From the NCBI GenBank assembly GCA_963701965.1, contig OY969695.1:1856001-1920000 (forward strand): a DNA stretch of 64,000 nucleotides, given 5' to 3'. Positions 38,179 to 48,543 of this stretch are shown here, in pieces. The position numbers and the translations under genes are program-made. The notes beneath the pieces were generated by a model that saw only the letters and a program-made list of their open reading frames with translations, did not search any database and was not told the DNA's origin. The DNA is from an uncultured Gemmatimonadales bacterium (GTDB lineage: Bacteria; Gemmatimonadota; Gemmatimonadetes; Gemmatimonadales; Gemmatimonadaceae). How positions within the stretch are numbered: the first letter of the stretch is position 1; each line of letters opens with the position of its first letter.

Positions 38179-40780
38179 ACCGCCGCCGCGCCCCGCACGA
38201 TCCCCTCGACGATCCGGCGCGGGTCGAAGTAGCGGTTGGCGACGTCAATGACGGCGTCGGTCGTCACCGCCAGCACGCGGGCGTCATGTTGGTCGAGCTC
38301 GACCAGCCCGCGCCCAAAGAACCAGGCATCGATCAGGTCGCCCAGCACCGAGGCGCCGCTCTGCTGCCGGATCGCGTGGGCGCCGATCGTATAGGCCTGG
38401 GCCCGGAGCAGCTCGTCGACCGACACCGGCGTATCGCGCAGCTTGCCGAATTCGGCGAGGAGTCCGGCGCGCGCCTCATCCTCGCGCAATGGCGAAGTCG
38501 CAATGTACGCGATGAACATCCCGGCGAGGGTGCGCTCCGCCGCGAACGCGTGCACGGTGTAGGCGAGCGACCGCTTGTCCCGCAGCTCGTCGAAGAACCG
38601 GCCACCGAGACCGCTGGCGAGGGTCGCGATGATGTGGGCGGTGTAGCGGTCGTCGTCGCGCCGCGCCGGGCCGGGAAAGGCGAGCGCCATCGCCGTTTGC
38701 GCTTTGTCCCGCTGCTCGATCTCCCGCTGGGGGCCGGTGGGCCAGACGGGCGCGTCGAGCGGCGTAGTCTGGGACCACGCCAATTCGGGAAACGCCGCGG
38801 CGGCCGCGGCCGCGACATGGTCGGTCTCGACATCGCCGACGATCGCGATCACCAAGGGCCCGGACCGTATCCCGGCGTGCCATTGCCGCACGGCGTCAAT
38901 GGTGAGCGCGCGCACCAATGCGTCGGAGCCGAATGTCCCCATCCCGTACGGATGGGCGCGAAATGCGGCCTCCGTCGCCAGTCGCACGGGATACCGGTAC
39001 ATGTCGTCGCGGAGGGACGCGAGATCGGCCAGCAAGAGGGCGCGTTCGGTTTCGAGTGCGGCGTCCGGGAACGTCGGGTGCTGCACGACGTCGGCGAGCA
39101 GCGCCAGCGCCGCCTCCGTCCCGCGCGTCGGCACCGAGATCGACCATCCGAAGTTCTCGGCGCCCACGCTGCTCACGACGGTGCCGCCCAGGAATTCGGC
39201 GTCGGTCGCGATGTCGGCCGCGCTGCGCGATGACGTCCCTTTGAGCGACGAGCGGGCCATGAGCGTCGTGATCCCGGCCGACGCCGGGGCTTCGTCCCGT
39301 GCGCCGCCGAGGGAGAAGACGCCCAGGTGGGTGATGGCCGCGCCCGGCTTGTGGCGTACGAGGATCGGCACGCCCTGGCGGCTATGATACAGGCGAACGC
39401 CGGCGATCTCTTCCTCGGCCGCCAGCACCGCCCGTGACGCCGACGCGCCGTTCGTACGGCGCGCGACCGGCGCCACGGGTGCGGGGCCGTCCTGCGCCAA
39501 CGTCGAAAAAAACGCAGCAGCGTCCTCGGCGACGGTCGCGGACGCCGAGGGCCGATCAGATGAGCGCGGCGGCCTGGGTGGGATCGACGTGCCGCCGCAA
39601 GGCGGCGGTCACGTCGTCGGCAGTCGCCGAGAGCACGCGCGTCAGATACCGGTCCCCGAGCGCCCAGTCGCCGAGGGCTTCCCACTCGGCGAGATGATTG
39701 GCCTGGCCCTCCATCGATTCCGTGCGCCGCGCAAACTGGGACTCGAACAGGCGCTGCGCCCGCTCGACTTCGGTGGACGAGAGCCCGTGGTCGAGCACGT
39801 CGCGCAACTCGGCCCACACGGCGCGCGCCGCGTCCCGCGTCCGGTCGCGCGGCGTCTCGGCGTGAATGACGAAAACGCCCACGTCCGTCGGCGTATAGTT
39901 GTACGCGGACACCGAGGAGGCGAGCTGCCGCTCGCGCACGGCGCGATAGAGCCGCGAGGCGCGACCCGACCCCATGCTCGCCGCGGCGACATCGAGCAGC
40001 GGCGTGTCCGCATCGAGGGTCCCGCGGGTGCGCCAACCAAAGAGGAGCTGGGCCTGGGCGATATCGCCGGCCCACTCGCGGTAGCGGAGGCCCGGCTCGA
40101 GCAACCTCCAGCGGCCCATGATCCCGGGCGATCGGATGCGCCGGGAGGGCGCCGTAATACTGCCGCACGAGCGCGAGCGCCGCATCGGGATCGACGTCCC
40201 CGACGATCGAGAGTATCGTGTTGCCGGGGTGGTAGTACCCGCGATAGAACGCGAGCACATCGTCGCGGGTGAACGCGCGCAGCTGGTCCGGTTGCCCGAT
40301 CCGCCACCGGCGGAGGCGGTGGCGGTCGTGCAGCAGCGCGTACAGCGACTCGGTCGCCAGCGCCGACGGCGCGTCGAACTTGCGCTTTACTTCCTGGATG
40401 ATGACTTCGAGCTCGCGCGCCAGCTCGACGTCGTCGATCAGCGAGCTCGCGTAGGCATCGGACTGGACCGCGAGCCCCTCGGCCAAGCGGGCGGCCGGGA
40501 GCACCGTGAAGTAGCTCGTATGATCGTAGATCGTGTGGGCGTTGAGATACCCACCGCTCGCCATCGTCTCCTTGGCGATCGCGCCGACGGGACGCGTTGG
40601 GGTCCCCTTGAAGAACATGTGCTCGAGGACGTGCGCGATGCCGACCTGCGGGTCGCTCTCGTCGAAGTAGCCGGCCTTGACGTACGTCACGACGGCGACA
40701 ACGGGCGCCGACCGATCGGATCGGATCAGCACCGTGAGCCCATTGGGCAACACAGTGCGGACGGTCGCTATCGCGCCCAT
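38175..40780 (-). CDS. M16 family zinc peptidase (pitrilysin-like), with two frameshifts (~40105, ~39557)
   Basis: VLPNGL, GIAHVLEHMFFKGT (HxxEH), LNAHT, ASRLYRAVRE, GGRFFDELRDKRSLAY spread over three frames. Confidence 0.88.
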
Positions 40781-41460
40781 TCCCGCCGGCGGAGCACGAT
40801 CGCGGTCGCCACGAGCGACAGGACGCCGTAACCCACCGACCACCAGACCTGGGGCGTCTCGACCATCGCGATCTCGCTGAGGTGGAACGGTGGCAGCAGG
40901 AAGTGCAGCGTCACCCATAACGCGTGCCAGCCTCCAACTGTCACATTATAAAAGCGGTTCGCCAGTATCGACATGGCGTAGAGCACGCAGGAGACGAGCC
41001 ACGCAAAGCGCCCGAGCAATGACAAGAGCAGAGTGACTCCGCCGACCAGGATGTACTGCACCACAATGAACGCAAGGCTGCCAACAATGGGTACGGATCG
41101 GTCCGTCAGGACTCCAAGTCCGTCAATGAGGGCCACGAGCGCCACGAGCCAAAGGCCACGGGTGACGTAGGCCTGGGCGTAGAACCGAATGGGGTGGACG
41201 GGCTTGGCAAACTGAAAGCGATAGTATCCGTGTGTGCGATCGTCGGCAATGAGACCCGACGCCGCGAAGACGGACCCGAAGAAGGCGACCAGACCGACAA
41301 GCCATTCGAACGACGACGGCTGCCGGCCGTTCACGCTCAATGTGTTGGCGCCGATCCAGGCCAGCGCGCAGGCCAGGACCACGGTCGCACCGCCGGCGCC
41401 AAAGGCGTAGTCCCGGAGTTGCCACAGCGCGTAGCGTCCGAGGCGCGCCTGCGCCGTCAT
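40768..41460 (-). CDS. ABC transporter permease-like membrane protein
   Basis: About six TMs with DRTHGYYRFQFAKPV. Coupled to the ATPase gene. Confidence 0.75.
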   Translation of the reverse strand: MTAQARLGRYALWQLRDYAFGAGGATVVLACALAWIGANTLSVNGRQPSSFEWLVGLVAFFGSVFAASGLIADDRTHGYYRFQFAKPVHPIRFYAQAYVTRGLWLVALVALIDGLGVLTDRSVPIVGSLAFIVVQYILVGGVTLLLSLLGRFAWLVSCVLYAMSILANRFYNVTVGGWHALWVTLHFLLPPFHLSEIAMVETPQVWWSVGYGVLSLVATAIVLRRREWAR

Positions 41461-42371
41461 GGCTCCCTCGCGTTCACGGCTTCGCGAAAGTGGTACTCGA
41501 GAAGCGTTTCAGTCGGCGCCACGCTCGCCAGCCGCGCGCCGAGGCGGAGTAGTTCGGCGACGCCGGTATTGAGCGCGTCGAGATCGATCTGGCGGAGCTC
41601 GAACGTCGTGGCATCGGTACCAATCGCCTGCGCGCTGGGGAACACGGCGGCAACGTGCGCGGCGCCAGTGGCGAGCGCCAGCCGATAGTCACGCACGGAA
41701 GGCGCTGTCGCCCCCGTGTCGACGGAGCGCACCACGCTGCCGCGATCGATGATGTACACGCGGTCGGTCAAGGCCGACAGCTCGGCCAGATCGTGCGACG
41801 CGATCAACATCGTGCGTCCCGGACGGCGGAGATTGCGCATGACGCTGCGGAACCGCAGCACCCACGTCGGGTCGAAACCGTGCGTCGGTTCATCGAGAAT
41901 GACCACGTCGGGATCCCCGAGCAGCGCTTGGGCCAGGCCGAGGCGCTGCCGGTTGCCCTTGGACAAGGCCCGCACCGGCTTCGTGCGATGCTCGTCGAGG
42001 CCCAGCACGTCGAGGAGCGCGCCCACCTGCCGCGCGATCTCATCGTCCGACAAGCCCGCCAGGAGCGCATAGCGCGTGAGGGCGTCGTCCGTACGCCAAC
42101 GCGGATTGATGCCGATCAGCTCCGACAGATAGGCGACGCCGTGTCGTTCCGCGTACTGGCGCGGCGGCAGGTCGCCGACGCGGATCGTGCCCGACGTCGG
42201 GGACAGGTACCCGAGCAAGAGCGCGATCAGCGTGCTCTTGCCGGCGCCGTTCGGCCCCGCGATACCCACGACCTCGCCCGCATCGACGCGCAACGTCAGA
42301 CGGTCCAGCGCGCGGATGGGCTCGCGCGCGGTCACCGGGAACAGCTTCGTCAGTTCCGCGCAGTCGATCAC
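41457..42371 (-). CDS. ABC transporter ATP-binding protein
   Basis: GPNGAGKST, LSKGNRQR, ILDEPT, SHDL. Confidence 0.95.
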   Translation of the reverse strand: MIDCAELTKLFPVTAREPIRALDRLTLRVDAGEVVGIAGPNGAGKSTLIALLLGYLSPTSGTIRVGDLPPRQYAERHGVAYLSELIGINPRWRTDDALTRYALLAGLSDDEIARQVGALLDVLGLDEHRTKPVRALSKGNRQRLGLAQALLGDPDVVILDEPTHGFDPTWVLRFRSVMRNLRRPGRTMLIASHDLAELSALTDRVYIIDRGSVVRSVDTGATAPSVRDYRLALATGAAHVAAVFPSAQAIGTDATTFELRQIDLDALNTGVAELLRLGARLASVAPTETLLEYHFREAVNAREP

Positions 42372-43288
42372 TTGGCCGCCGTCGCGCAGACGCTCCACGG
42401 GCCCTGGCCGGCGCGCGCCAGGAACTTCGTTCCTTCCTGCGTTTGGCCGAGGCGCATGAGCGTGCAACCGAAGAAGCCCAGCGCCGAGGGATCGCTCGGG
42501 TCCAGGGTGATGGCGCGCGTGTAGAATTTCTTCGCCAGATCGTACTGGCCCGCGGCCAGGAGCACCGCGCCCATCTCCCGTTCGGCCACGGCGTTGTCCG
42601 GCGCCAAACGGACCGCCGTCACCAGCTCGCTGCGCGCCGTCGTCAGATCGCCGCTCTCGCGGGCGATCCGGCCGAGGTAGATGTGCGGCTCCGCGGCCAT
42701 CGTATCGGCACGGGCCGCCGCCGTGAACAGGGCGCGCGCCGAGTCGACGCGGCCCGCGTTATACGAGGCGATCGCTCCCGCCAGCGCATCGCCGGTCCCG
42801 GCAGCTTGACTCCCAATTGCACCATTCTTGCCTTTTTTCATCATCATGACGACGCCCAAGCCGATGCCCGCGAGCGCGAGCACGGTGATCAGGCCGAGCA
42901 GCGCCGGCGGCACGCCACGCGACGGAGCTGGCGCCGCGATCGGCGTTGCGACCGGCACGGGTGATGAAACGGGAACGTCGGCGACGGGTCCTGCCGAGAG
43001 CTGCGCAAAGGCATCGTTGACCGCGGCAACGTCGGCGTCGGTCACCACATAGCCGGCAGCCTGGGCGCGATCACGCGCCGCGATGAATTCAATGAGCGCG
43101 TGCCCTTGTCCCAGCGTCAGGATATTGCGCTGCCGGAGATCCCGCACCAGGAGCTGTCCGACGAGCGACCGGTCACTGGCAATGGTCTGCAGCGCGGATT
43201 CCACGGCCGTCCACGCCGCCACGAGCGACGCGGCATCGCGCGCCGCCGTCAGTCGCTCGACGGCCGGGACGCGCACGGACCAGAGCAC
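42368..43288 (-). CDS. Membrane-anchored TPR protein
   Basis: Central TM. PHIYLGRIARESGD and MGAVLLAAGQYDLAKKFYTRAITLDP TPRs. Confidence 0.8.
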   Translation of the reverse strand: MLWSVRVPAVERLTAARDAASLVAAWTAVESALQTIASDRSLVGQLLVRDLRQRNILTLGQGHALIEFIAARDRAQAAGYVVTDADVAAVNDAFAQLSAGPVADVPVSSPVPVATPIAAPAPSRGVPPALLGLITVLALAGIGLGVVMMMKKGKNGAIGSQAAGTGDALAGAIASYNAGRVDSARALFTAAARADTMAAEPHIYLGRIARESGDLTTARSELVTAVRLAPDNAVAEREMGAVLLAAGQYDLAKKFYTRAITLDPSDPSALGFFGCTLMRLGQTQEGTKFLARAGQGPWSVCATAAK

Positions 43289-43315
43289 CGTTATACGGGG
43301 GCCCTCCCGGGGCCG

Positions 43316-44437
43316 TCACCGCACGATGCGGAGTAACCCCGCGTCAGCGCTGCCGCGAATGAAACTCTCCGCGTCCGTCGTGGGGATCTCCATCCCGGTC
43401 TTGGAGAACCCGCGCCGCGCCTCGGTCTGCATGTACTCCACGAGCGGCCGCCCGGCGTACGACGCGTCGGCATCCCGCATGCAGCGGACAATCTCGTCCC
43501 AGGTCCCGTCGAATTCCCGACCCTCGCACACAATGGTGTGCTCGGCGGTGGGCGACGAGATCGGGCGCTTTTGGCCGGCGAGATCATTGAGCAAGGCACC
43601 GAACAGCTCCAGCTGTCCCCGCGCTTCGTTCTGCGCCTCGTCCGCCGCGCGCTGCTCGATCTCGGCCAGCATGTCGTCAATGTCGTCCGACTCGCCCGCC
43701 AACTCCGTCAACCGATCATCCCAGGGCTTGAGCTCCGGATCGTCGTCGGCGAGCCGATAGACGGTTTTCTTGAGCTCGACCAGGCGCCAGATGCCCAGCT
43801 CGTCCCAGTGGTCGTCCGGCGACGTCCGGTCGAGATGGTACAGTGCTGCCTCGTACTCGCCCCGATCGTAGAGGATGTTGCCGAGATAGATCCGCGCTTC
43901 GGCGTGATCCCCATCGAGCTGCAGCGCACTCCGCAACGTCGCGATCGCCGCGTCCGTCTCTCCCATCCGATGCTGCGCGTACCCCACGCAGGCGACCGCC
44001 TCGGCCGAATCCGGTGTCTGCTGGACCGCGATGTCGAAGAACTCCTGCGCCGCCTCGATCAGCCCCTCGCGAAAGAGCGCGCGTCCCGCTTGGAGCATGA
44101 GCTCCACATCGTCCCGGTACCCCAGCTCCAGGATGCGGCGAAAATTCTTGAGCGCCCACGCCTGCTGCCCGAACTTGAGGAGCGTTTCGCCCAGACCGGC
44201 CAGCGCATCCTCGTGCTCGGGATCGAGCACCAACGCCTCCTCGAAGCTCCGCCGCGCCCAGGCATACTCCTCACGGGCCAGCCGCGCATACCCGACGCCG
44301 ACGTGGAGCTCTACGGCGTTCGGATACAGCGAGAGCCCCTCGCGGAGCACGTCGAGCGCCTCGTCATACTGCCCCTCGTTATAGAGCTGATGCGCGCGCT
44401 CATCGTACTCCTCGGAGCTCAGGAACGGGGATGGCAT
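43316..44437 (-). CDS. TPR protein
   Basis: Multiple canonical TPRs. TACAAT and GGAGG upstream of ATG 44437. Confidence 0.88.
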   Translation of the reverse strand: MPSPFLSSEEYDERAHQLYNEGQYDEALDVLREGLSLYPNAVELHVGVGYARLAREEYAWARRSFEEALVLDPEHEDALAGLGETLLKFGQQAWALKNFRRILELGYRDDVELMLQAGRALFREGLIEAAQEFFDIAVQQTPDSAEAVACVGYAQHRMGETDAAIATLRSALQLDGDHAEARIYLGNILYDRGEYEAALYHLDRTSPDDHWDELGIWRLVELKKTVYRLADDDPELKPWDDRLTELAGESDDIDDMLAEIEQRAADEAQNEARGQLELFGALLNDLAGQKRPISSPTAEHTIVCEGREFDGTWDEIVRCMRDADASYAGRPLVEYMQTEARRGFSKTGMEIPTTDAESFIRGSADAGLLRIVR

Positions 44438-44499
44438 GGCTCGGCGGTCCTCCAGCACTTGAGGGGTATTCCTATTGTACTATTCGAGCAGCCCCGAGT

Positions 44500-44823
44500 T
44501 CAACTATTTGGTCCCCCGCCGCCGTGACGCGTCGTACGCGGTGGCACGCGTTTTGGCGCCGTGTCACAAACGGCGGCTGGCGCCGCTTCGTTCATGCGCG
44601 CGGCCCGCGCGTTTGTCGCCGAATCCACCCACGCCGTGAGATCCGTCAACTGCGTCGTCGGGTGCCTGGCGACGGCGTGTGTCGTGTCAACCGCCGCCAC
44701 GGGTGCCGGCGCCGCGGCGCGGCGCGCCGGCGGCGGCGTAACGCCCGCGAACTGCGCCTGGACCGTCGCCGGGATGGCCCAAACCGCGACGCCGAGCACG
44801 CTTCCTACCACCACGCCCCTCAT
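44500..44823 (-). CDS. Small secreted hypothetical protein
   Basis: Signal peptide ending VQA-QF, with TDLTAWVDSA. Confidence 0.55.
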   Translation of the reverse strand: MRGVVVGSVLGVAVWAIPATVQAQFAGVTPPPARRAAAPAPVAAVDTTHAVARHPTTQLTDLTAWVDSATNARAARMNEAAPAAVCDTAPKRVPPRTTRHGGGGPNS

Positions 44824-44855
44824 GAGGTGACGTCGGGCGCAGGTCTCGTGCCCCG

Positions 44856-46514
44856 TCACGGAATCGCGGATGTGGCCGAAGCCGCCGCCCGGTGGAACTC
44901 GGCGTCCGCGTTCCACGTCGGGAATGCCGGGGCGTTCGCCAACGACTCACCGAACCCGAGCACGAGAGTCGACAGCTGCACCGCTCCACTGAGATCGAAG
45001 TCCGGCCGGTATTCGTCCGACGGCTGATGGTAGCGGTGCGCCGTGTAGTCGTCCTCTTGCTCGACGCCCCAATTCTTCGGCCGCCCCACGTAGTCCGTCC
45101 CCGCGCCGATCGAGAGCGCTGGCACGCCGACCTTGGCAAACGAGAAGTGGTCGGAGCGATAGAAGTGGCCCTGCTCGGGATGCGACTCCGGAGACAATCG
45201 GAGACCGCGCGACGCCACGTATTTCGCCAGTGACGGCCCCAGCGAGCTTTTGTGCTCACCCAGCACCGACAGGTCCGACACGCGGCCCAGCAGATTGCCG
45301 CCATCAATGTTCAGGTTGGCCACCAGCCCGTTCACCGGCACCGTCGGATGCTGCGCGAAATACGCCGAGCCCAGAAGGCCCGACTCCTCCCCGGTCACCA
45401 GCAGGAAGAGCAACGAGCGACGCGGCCGCATGGCCTCGGGCGTCGCCGCCGCGGCCCGGGCCATCGCCAGCACGTCGGCGACGCCGGACGCATTGTCCTC
45501 GGCCCCGTTGTAGATCGAGTCGCCGTTCACCGCCGGACCGATGCCCAAGTGGTCCCAGTGCGCCGAGAACACCACGTACTGGTTGCGCAACACGGGATCG
45601 CGGCCTCGGACCACACCAACGACATTCTCCGACTGCAAATGTTGCACGTGGTTGGCGAACGCGGCGTCGATCATGATGCCGGTCGACACCGGGTGGAAAT
45701 CCCGGGACGCGGCCTGCGTGCGGAGGCGCGAAAGATCGAGACCGGCCTGTCCCAAGAGCGCCGTGGCCGCGCTGTCCGTGATCCAGCCGCGCACACCCAG
45801 GGGCGGCGGCAGCGTCGGATCGCGCGGCAGCATGCGCAACTCCTTGGCCCAGGAGCCGACGACCGTGTGCCACGGATACCCGGCCCGCTCGGTCGTGTGC
45901 ACGATGAGGCATCCCACGGCGCCGCGACGCTCGGCTTCCTCGAACTTGTACGTCCAGCGCCCGTAGTAGACCATCGTGTTGCCGCCGAACAACGCCGGCT
46001 CGCTCGGCGGCGCCGGGGGATCGTTCACCAGTACCAGCAGGACCTTGCCGCGGACGTCGACGCCTTTGAAGTCGTCCCACCGATACTCCGGCGCGGTCGC
46101 GCCGTAGCCCACGAAAACCAACTCACCCTTGGCGGCGCTGGACTCGGTCGCCGAACCGGCGCCCACGACCACGTCGTCCGGATAGCGGAGGTTGGCCGTC
46201 GCCTTGCCCGACGCGGTCACGTGCAACGTCGACCGGTCCGCCGCCACGACGTCGATCGGGACGGTCTGGAGGAATGTGCCGCTGGTTCCCGCCGGTTCAA
46301 TGCCGCCGGCTTGGAGCACCGTGGCAATGTAGCTCGCCGCCAACTGTCCGCCGCGGGTCGCTGGTGCCCGCCCCTCGAGCAAATCGGAAGACAGAAAACG
46401 CAGATCGCCATCGATCTCGGCGGCCGAGATCTTGCCACCCTGGGCGAACGCCGCGCGGGTGAGAACGCACGTCGCGGCAATGACACATCGCAAAACCAAG
46501 CGTCTTATCATCAC
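44856..46514 (-). CDS. M28 family peptidase with a PA domain, secreted
   Basis: FLSSDLLEGR, FSAHWDHLG, NGAEDNASG, GEESGLLGS, RSDHFSF, YHQPSDE. Confidence 0.93.
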   Translation of the reverse strand: MMIRRLVLRCVIAATCVLTRAAFAQGGKISAAEIDGDLRFLSSDLLEGRAPATRGGQLAASYIATVLQAGGIEPAGTSGTFLQTVPIDVVAADRSTLHVTASGKATANLRYPDDVVVGAGSATESSAAKGELVFVGYGATAPEYRWDDFKGVDVRGKVLLVLVNDPPAPPSEPALFGGNTMVYYGRWTYKFEEAERRGAVGCLIVHTTERAGYPWHTVVGSWAKELRMLPRDPTLPPPLGVRGWITDSAATALLGQAGLDLSRLRTQAASRDFHPVSTGIMIDAAFANHVQHLQSENVVGVVRGRDPVLRNQYVVFSAHWDHLGIGPAVNGDSIYNGAEDNASGVADVLAMARAAAATPEAMRPRRSLLFLLVTGEESGLLGSAYFAQHPTVPVNGLVANLNIDGGNLLGRVSDLSVLGEHKSSLGPSLAKYVASRGLRLSPESHPEQGHFYRSDHFSFAKVGVPALSIGAGTDYVGRPKNWGVEQEDDYTAHRYHQPSDEYRPDFDLSGAVQLSTLVLGFGESLANAPAFPTWNADAEFHRAAASATSAIP

Positions 46515-46549
46515 ACCCCCACTATACATATTCCCGAGGATCGCGCGCC

Positions 46550-46873
46550 ATGCTCGCACTCGCCCGTCTCATCGCGGTCACCCTGTTTCTCATGATCCCG
46601 GCTGTCGCGCGCGCCCAAGCGGCCGGCCCGACCTTAGAGGCGGCTACGGCTGGCGTACGGGTCCACGTCGAGACGGAACAAATGTCTCCGCAGGAGTCGG
46701 CCGACCGGGCGGCGGCAGCCGGGGGCGGCGGCTTGGGCACCGGAGGCGCCCTCATGATCGTCGGCGGAGCGGCTTTGGTGGCTGGATTGCTGATCGGCGG
46801 AGGCGCCGGGACCGCGGTCGCGATCGGGGGAGTCGCCGTAGGGGCATACGGCTTGTATGTGTTTCTGAAATAA
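46550..46873 (+). CDS. Small exported/membrane Gly-rich protein
   Basis: Signal peptide ending ARA-Q and two Gly-rich hydrophobic segments. Confidence 0.65.
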   Translation: MLALARLIAVTLFLMIPAVARAQAAGPTLEAATAGVRVHVETEQMSPQESADRAAAAGGGGLGTGGALMIVGGAALVAGLLIGGGAGTAVAIGGVAVGAYGLYVFLK

Positions 46874-46921
46874 AGCCTTACGCGGGCGTGACTGGAGTCC
46901 GACCCGGCTAGTCATGTAAGC

Positions 46922-48535
46922 ATGGCGCGCACGCAGGCTTCGACCGAAGGCAGCAAAGTGCACGACGCTGCCCGGATCGTGGCCCGCGTGGTGGCGGTCG
47001 CCGCGGCCCTGGGCACTGTTTTGACGTCCATCCACGAGATGGGCCTCGACGGCGCCCAGACCCGCCGGACCGTCGGGAATTTCGGCGCCACCTGGGTGGG
47101 CCTCGCGCCGGCCAGCGATACCGCGACATCGATCGGCGACACCCTCCATCTCGCCGCTACAGTCACCGACAAACATGGCACGGCGCTCGTCGGCACGAAC
47201 ATCAAGTGGGCTGTCGACCATCCCGAAGTGGCCTCCATCAACGGCGACGGCACCGTCATCGCGCGCGGGCTGGGATCGGCCACGGTCGTCGTGACGGTGG
47301 GTGAGCTGCTGGCCCGGGCCACGGTCGTGGTGCGACCCGTGGCTTCCGCGGTGCACATCGCGGCCGACAGCGCCATCACCCTGCCGGAGCTCGCCAACCA
47401 CCCGCTCTCGGCTACGGCCACCGACGCGCGCGGACACGTGATCGGCGCGCGCTTCGCGCGCTGGCACACCAGTGACAGCACCGTAGCCACGATCGACACC
47501 GTCGGGATGGTGCGAGCCGTGCGCGAGGGCCACGCGACGATCACGGCGACGGTGGATGGCGCGTCGGCAGACGCGCCCATCACCGTCGTGCCGGTTCCGG
47601 GCGCTCTGACCTTGCTGGCGGGCGGCGGCCAAGACGGGCCGGCAGGCGCCAGCCTGCCGGAGCCCATCACCGTGCGCGTGCTGTCGCGCCGGGGAAAACC
47701 CCTCGGCGGGCAGACCGTGCATTTCAAGCAGGCCGACGCCAACGCGACGGCGGAGATCGCGACGGTCGTCAGCGACGCCAATGGTCGCGCGCGCTGTCCG
47801 TGGAAGCTGGGCGATCTCGCCGGTCGCCAGCGCCTGGTGGCGAGCACGGACGGCGTGGACAGCGTCGTGACCGTCGTGGCCGAGGCGGAACCGGTCAACG
47901 CCAATACCCGGATGGCGGTCCTCGCCGATAGCCAGACGGCGAAGATCGCGACGGCACTGACCATGCCCATTGGGGTCCGGTTGACCGACACGACCGGTCG
48001 CGTGATGGGCAATGTGTCCGTGCGTTGGATCGCGCTCAATGGCGGGACGGTCACGGGCGCCGCGCCGCGGACGGATTCCGTCGGCGAAGTGCGCGCCAGC
48101 TGGGTGCTCGGCCCCCACGTGGGGACGCAACGCGTCCGCGTGCTGGTCGGCGACGGCCGGTCCGTGCGTCCCGCGATCGTGCGCGCGCACGCCCTCCCCG
48201 GCCCCGCGGCGGCGATCGCGATCATCGCCGGCGACGCCCAGCATGCCGCCCCGGGCGCGACGCTGCCCAAGGCCGTCGCCCTCCGCGTGACCGACGCCGC
48301 CGGGAACCCCGTGAGCGCCGTCGCGGTAAGTCTGTCGCCGGCTCGCGCGTGGTCGGACAGCACGCCCGTCACCGACTCCAACGGCGTGGTGCGCGGCACA
48401 TGGACGCTGGCGAACGCACCAGGCACGCAACATGTGACGGCTCGCGTCGACGGCGTGCCAAAGACGGTGCAGATTACGGCGGTCGCGGCGCCAATCGCGG
48501 TGTCAGCGCGATCCCGCAAGCACCATCCGGGGTAA
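46922..48535 (+). CDS. Ig-like (Big_2/Big_1) repeat surface protein
   Basis: WAVDHPEVASINGDG, WHTSDSTVATIDTVG, TDSVGEVRASWVLG, TDSNGVVRGTWTL. Confidence 0.85.
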   Translation: MARTQASTEGSKVHDAARIVARVVAVAAALGTVLTSIHEMGLDGAQTRRTVGNFGATWVGLAPASDTATSIGDTLHLAATVTDKHGTALVGTNIKWAVDHPEVASINGDGTVIARGLGSATVVVTVGELLARATVVVRPVASAVHIAADSAITLPELANHPLSATATDARGHVIGARFARWHTSDSTVATIDTVGMVRAVREGHATITATVDGASADAPITVVPVPGALTLLAGGGQDGPAGASLPEPITVRVLSRRGKPLGGQTVHFKQADANATAEIATVVSDANGRARCPWKLGDLAGRQRLVASTDGVDSVVTVVAEAEPVNANTRMAVLADSQTAKIATALTMPIGVRLTDTTGRVMGNVSVRWIALNGGTVTGAAPRTDSVGEVRASWVLGPHVGTQRVRVLVGDGRSVRPAIVRAHALPGPAAAIAIIAGDAQHAAPGATLPKAVALRVTDAAGNPVSAVAVSLSPARAWSDSTPVTDSNGVVRGTWTLANAPGTQHVTARVDGVPKTVQITAVAAPIAVSARSRKHHPG

Positions 48536-48543
48536 CACCAGGT

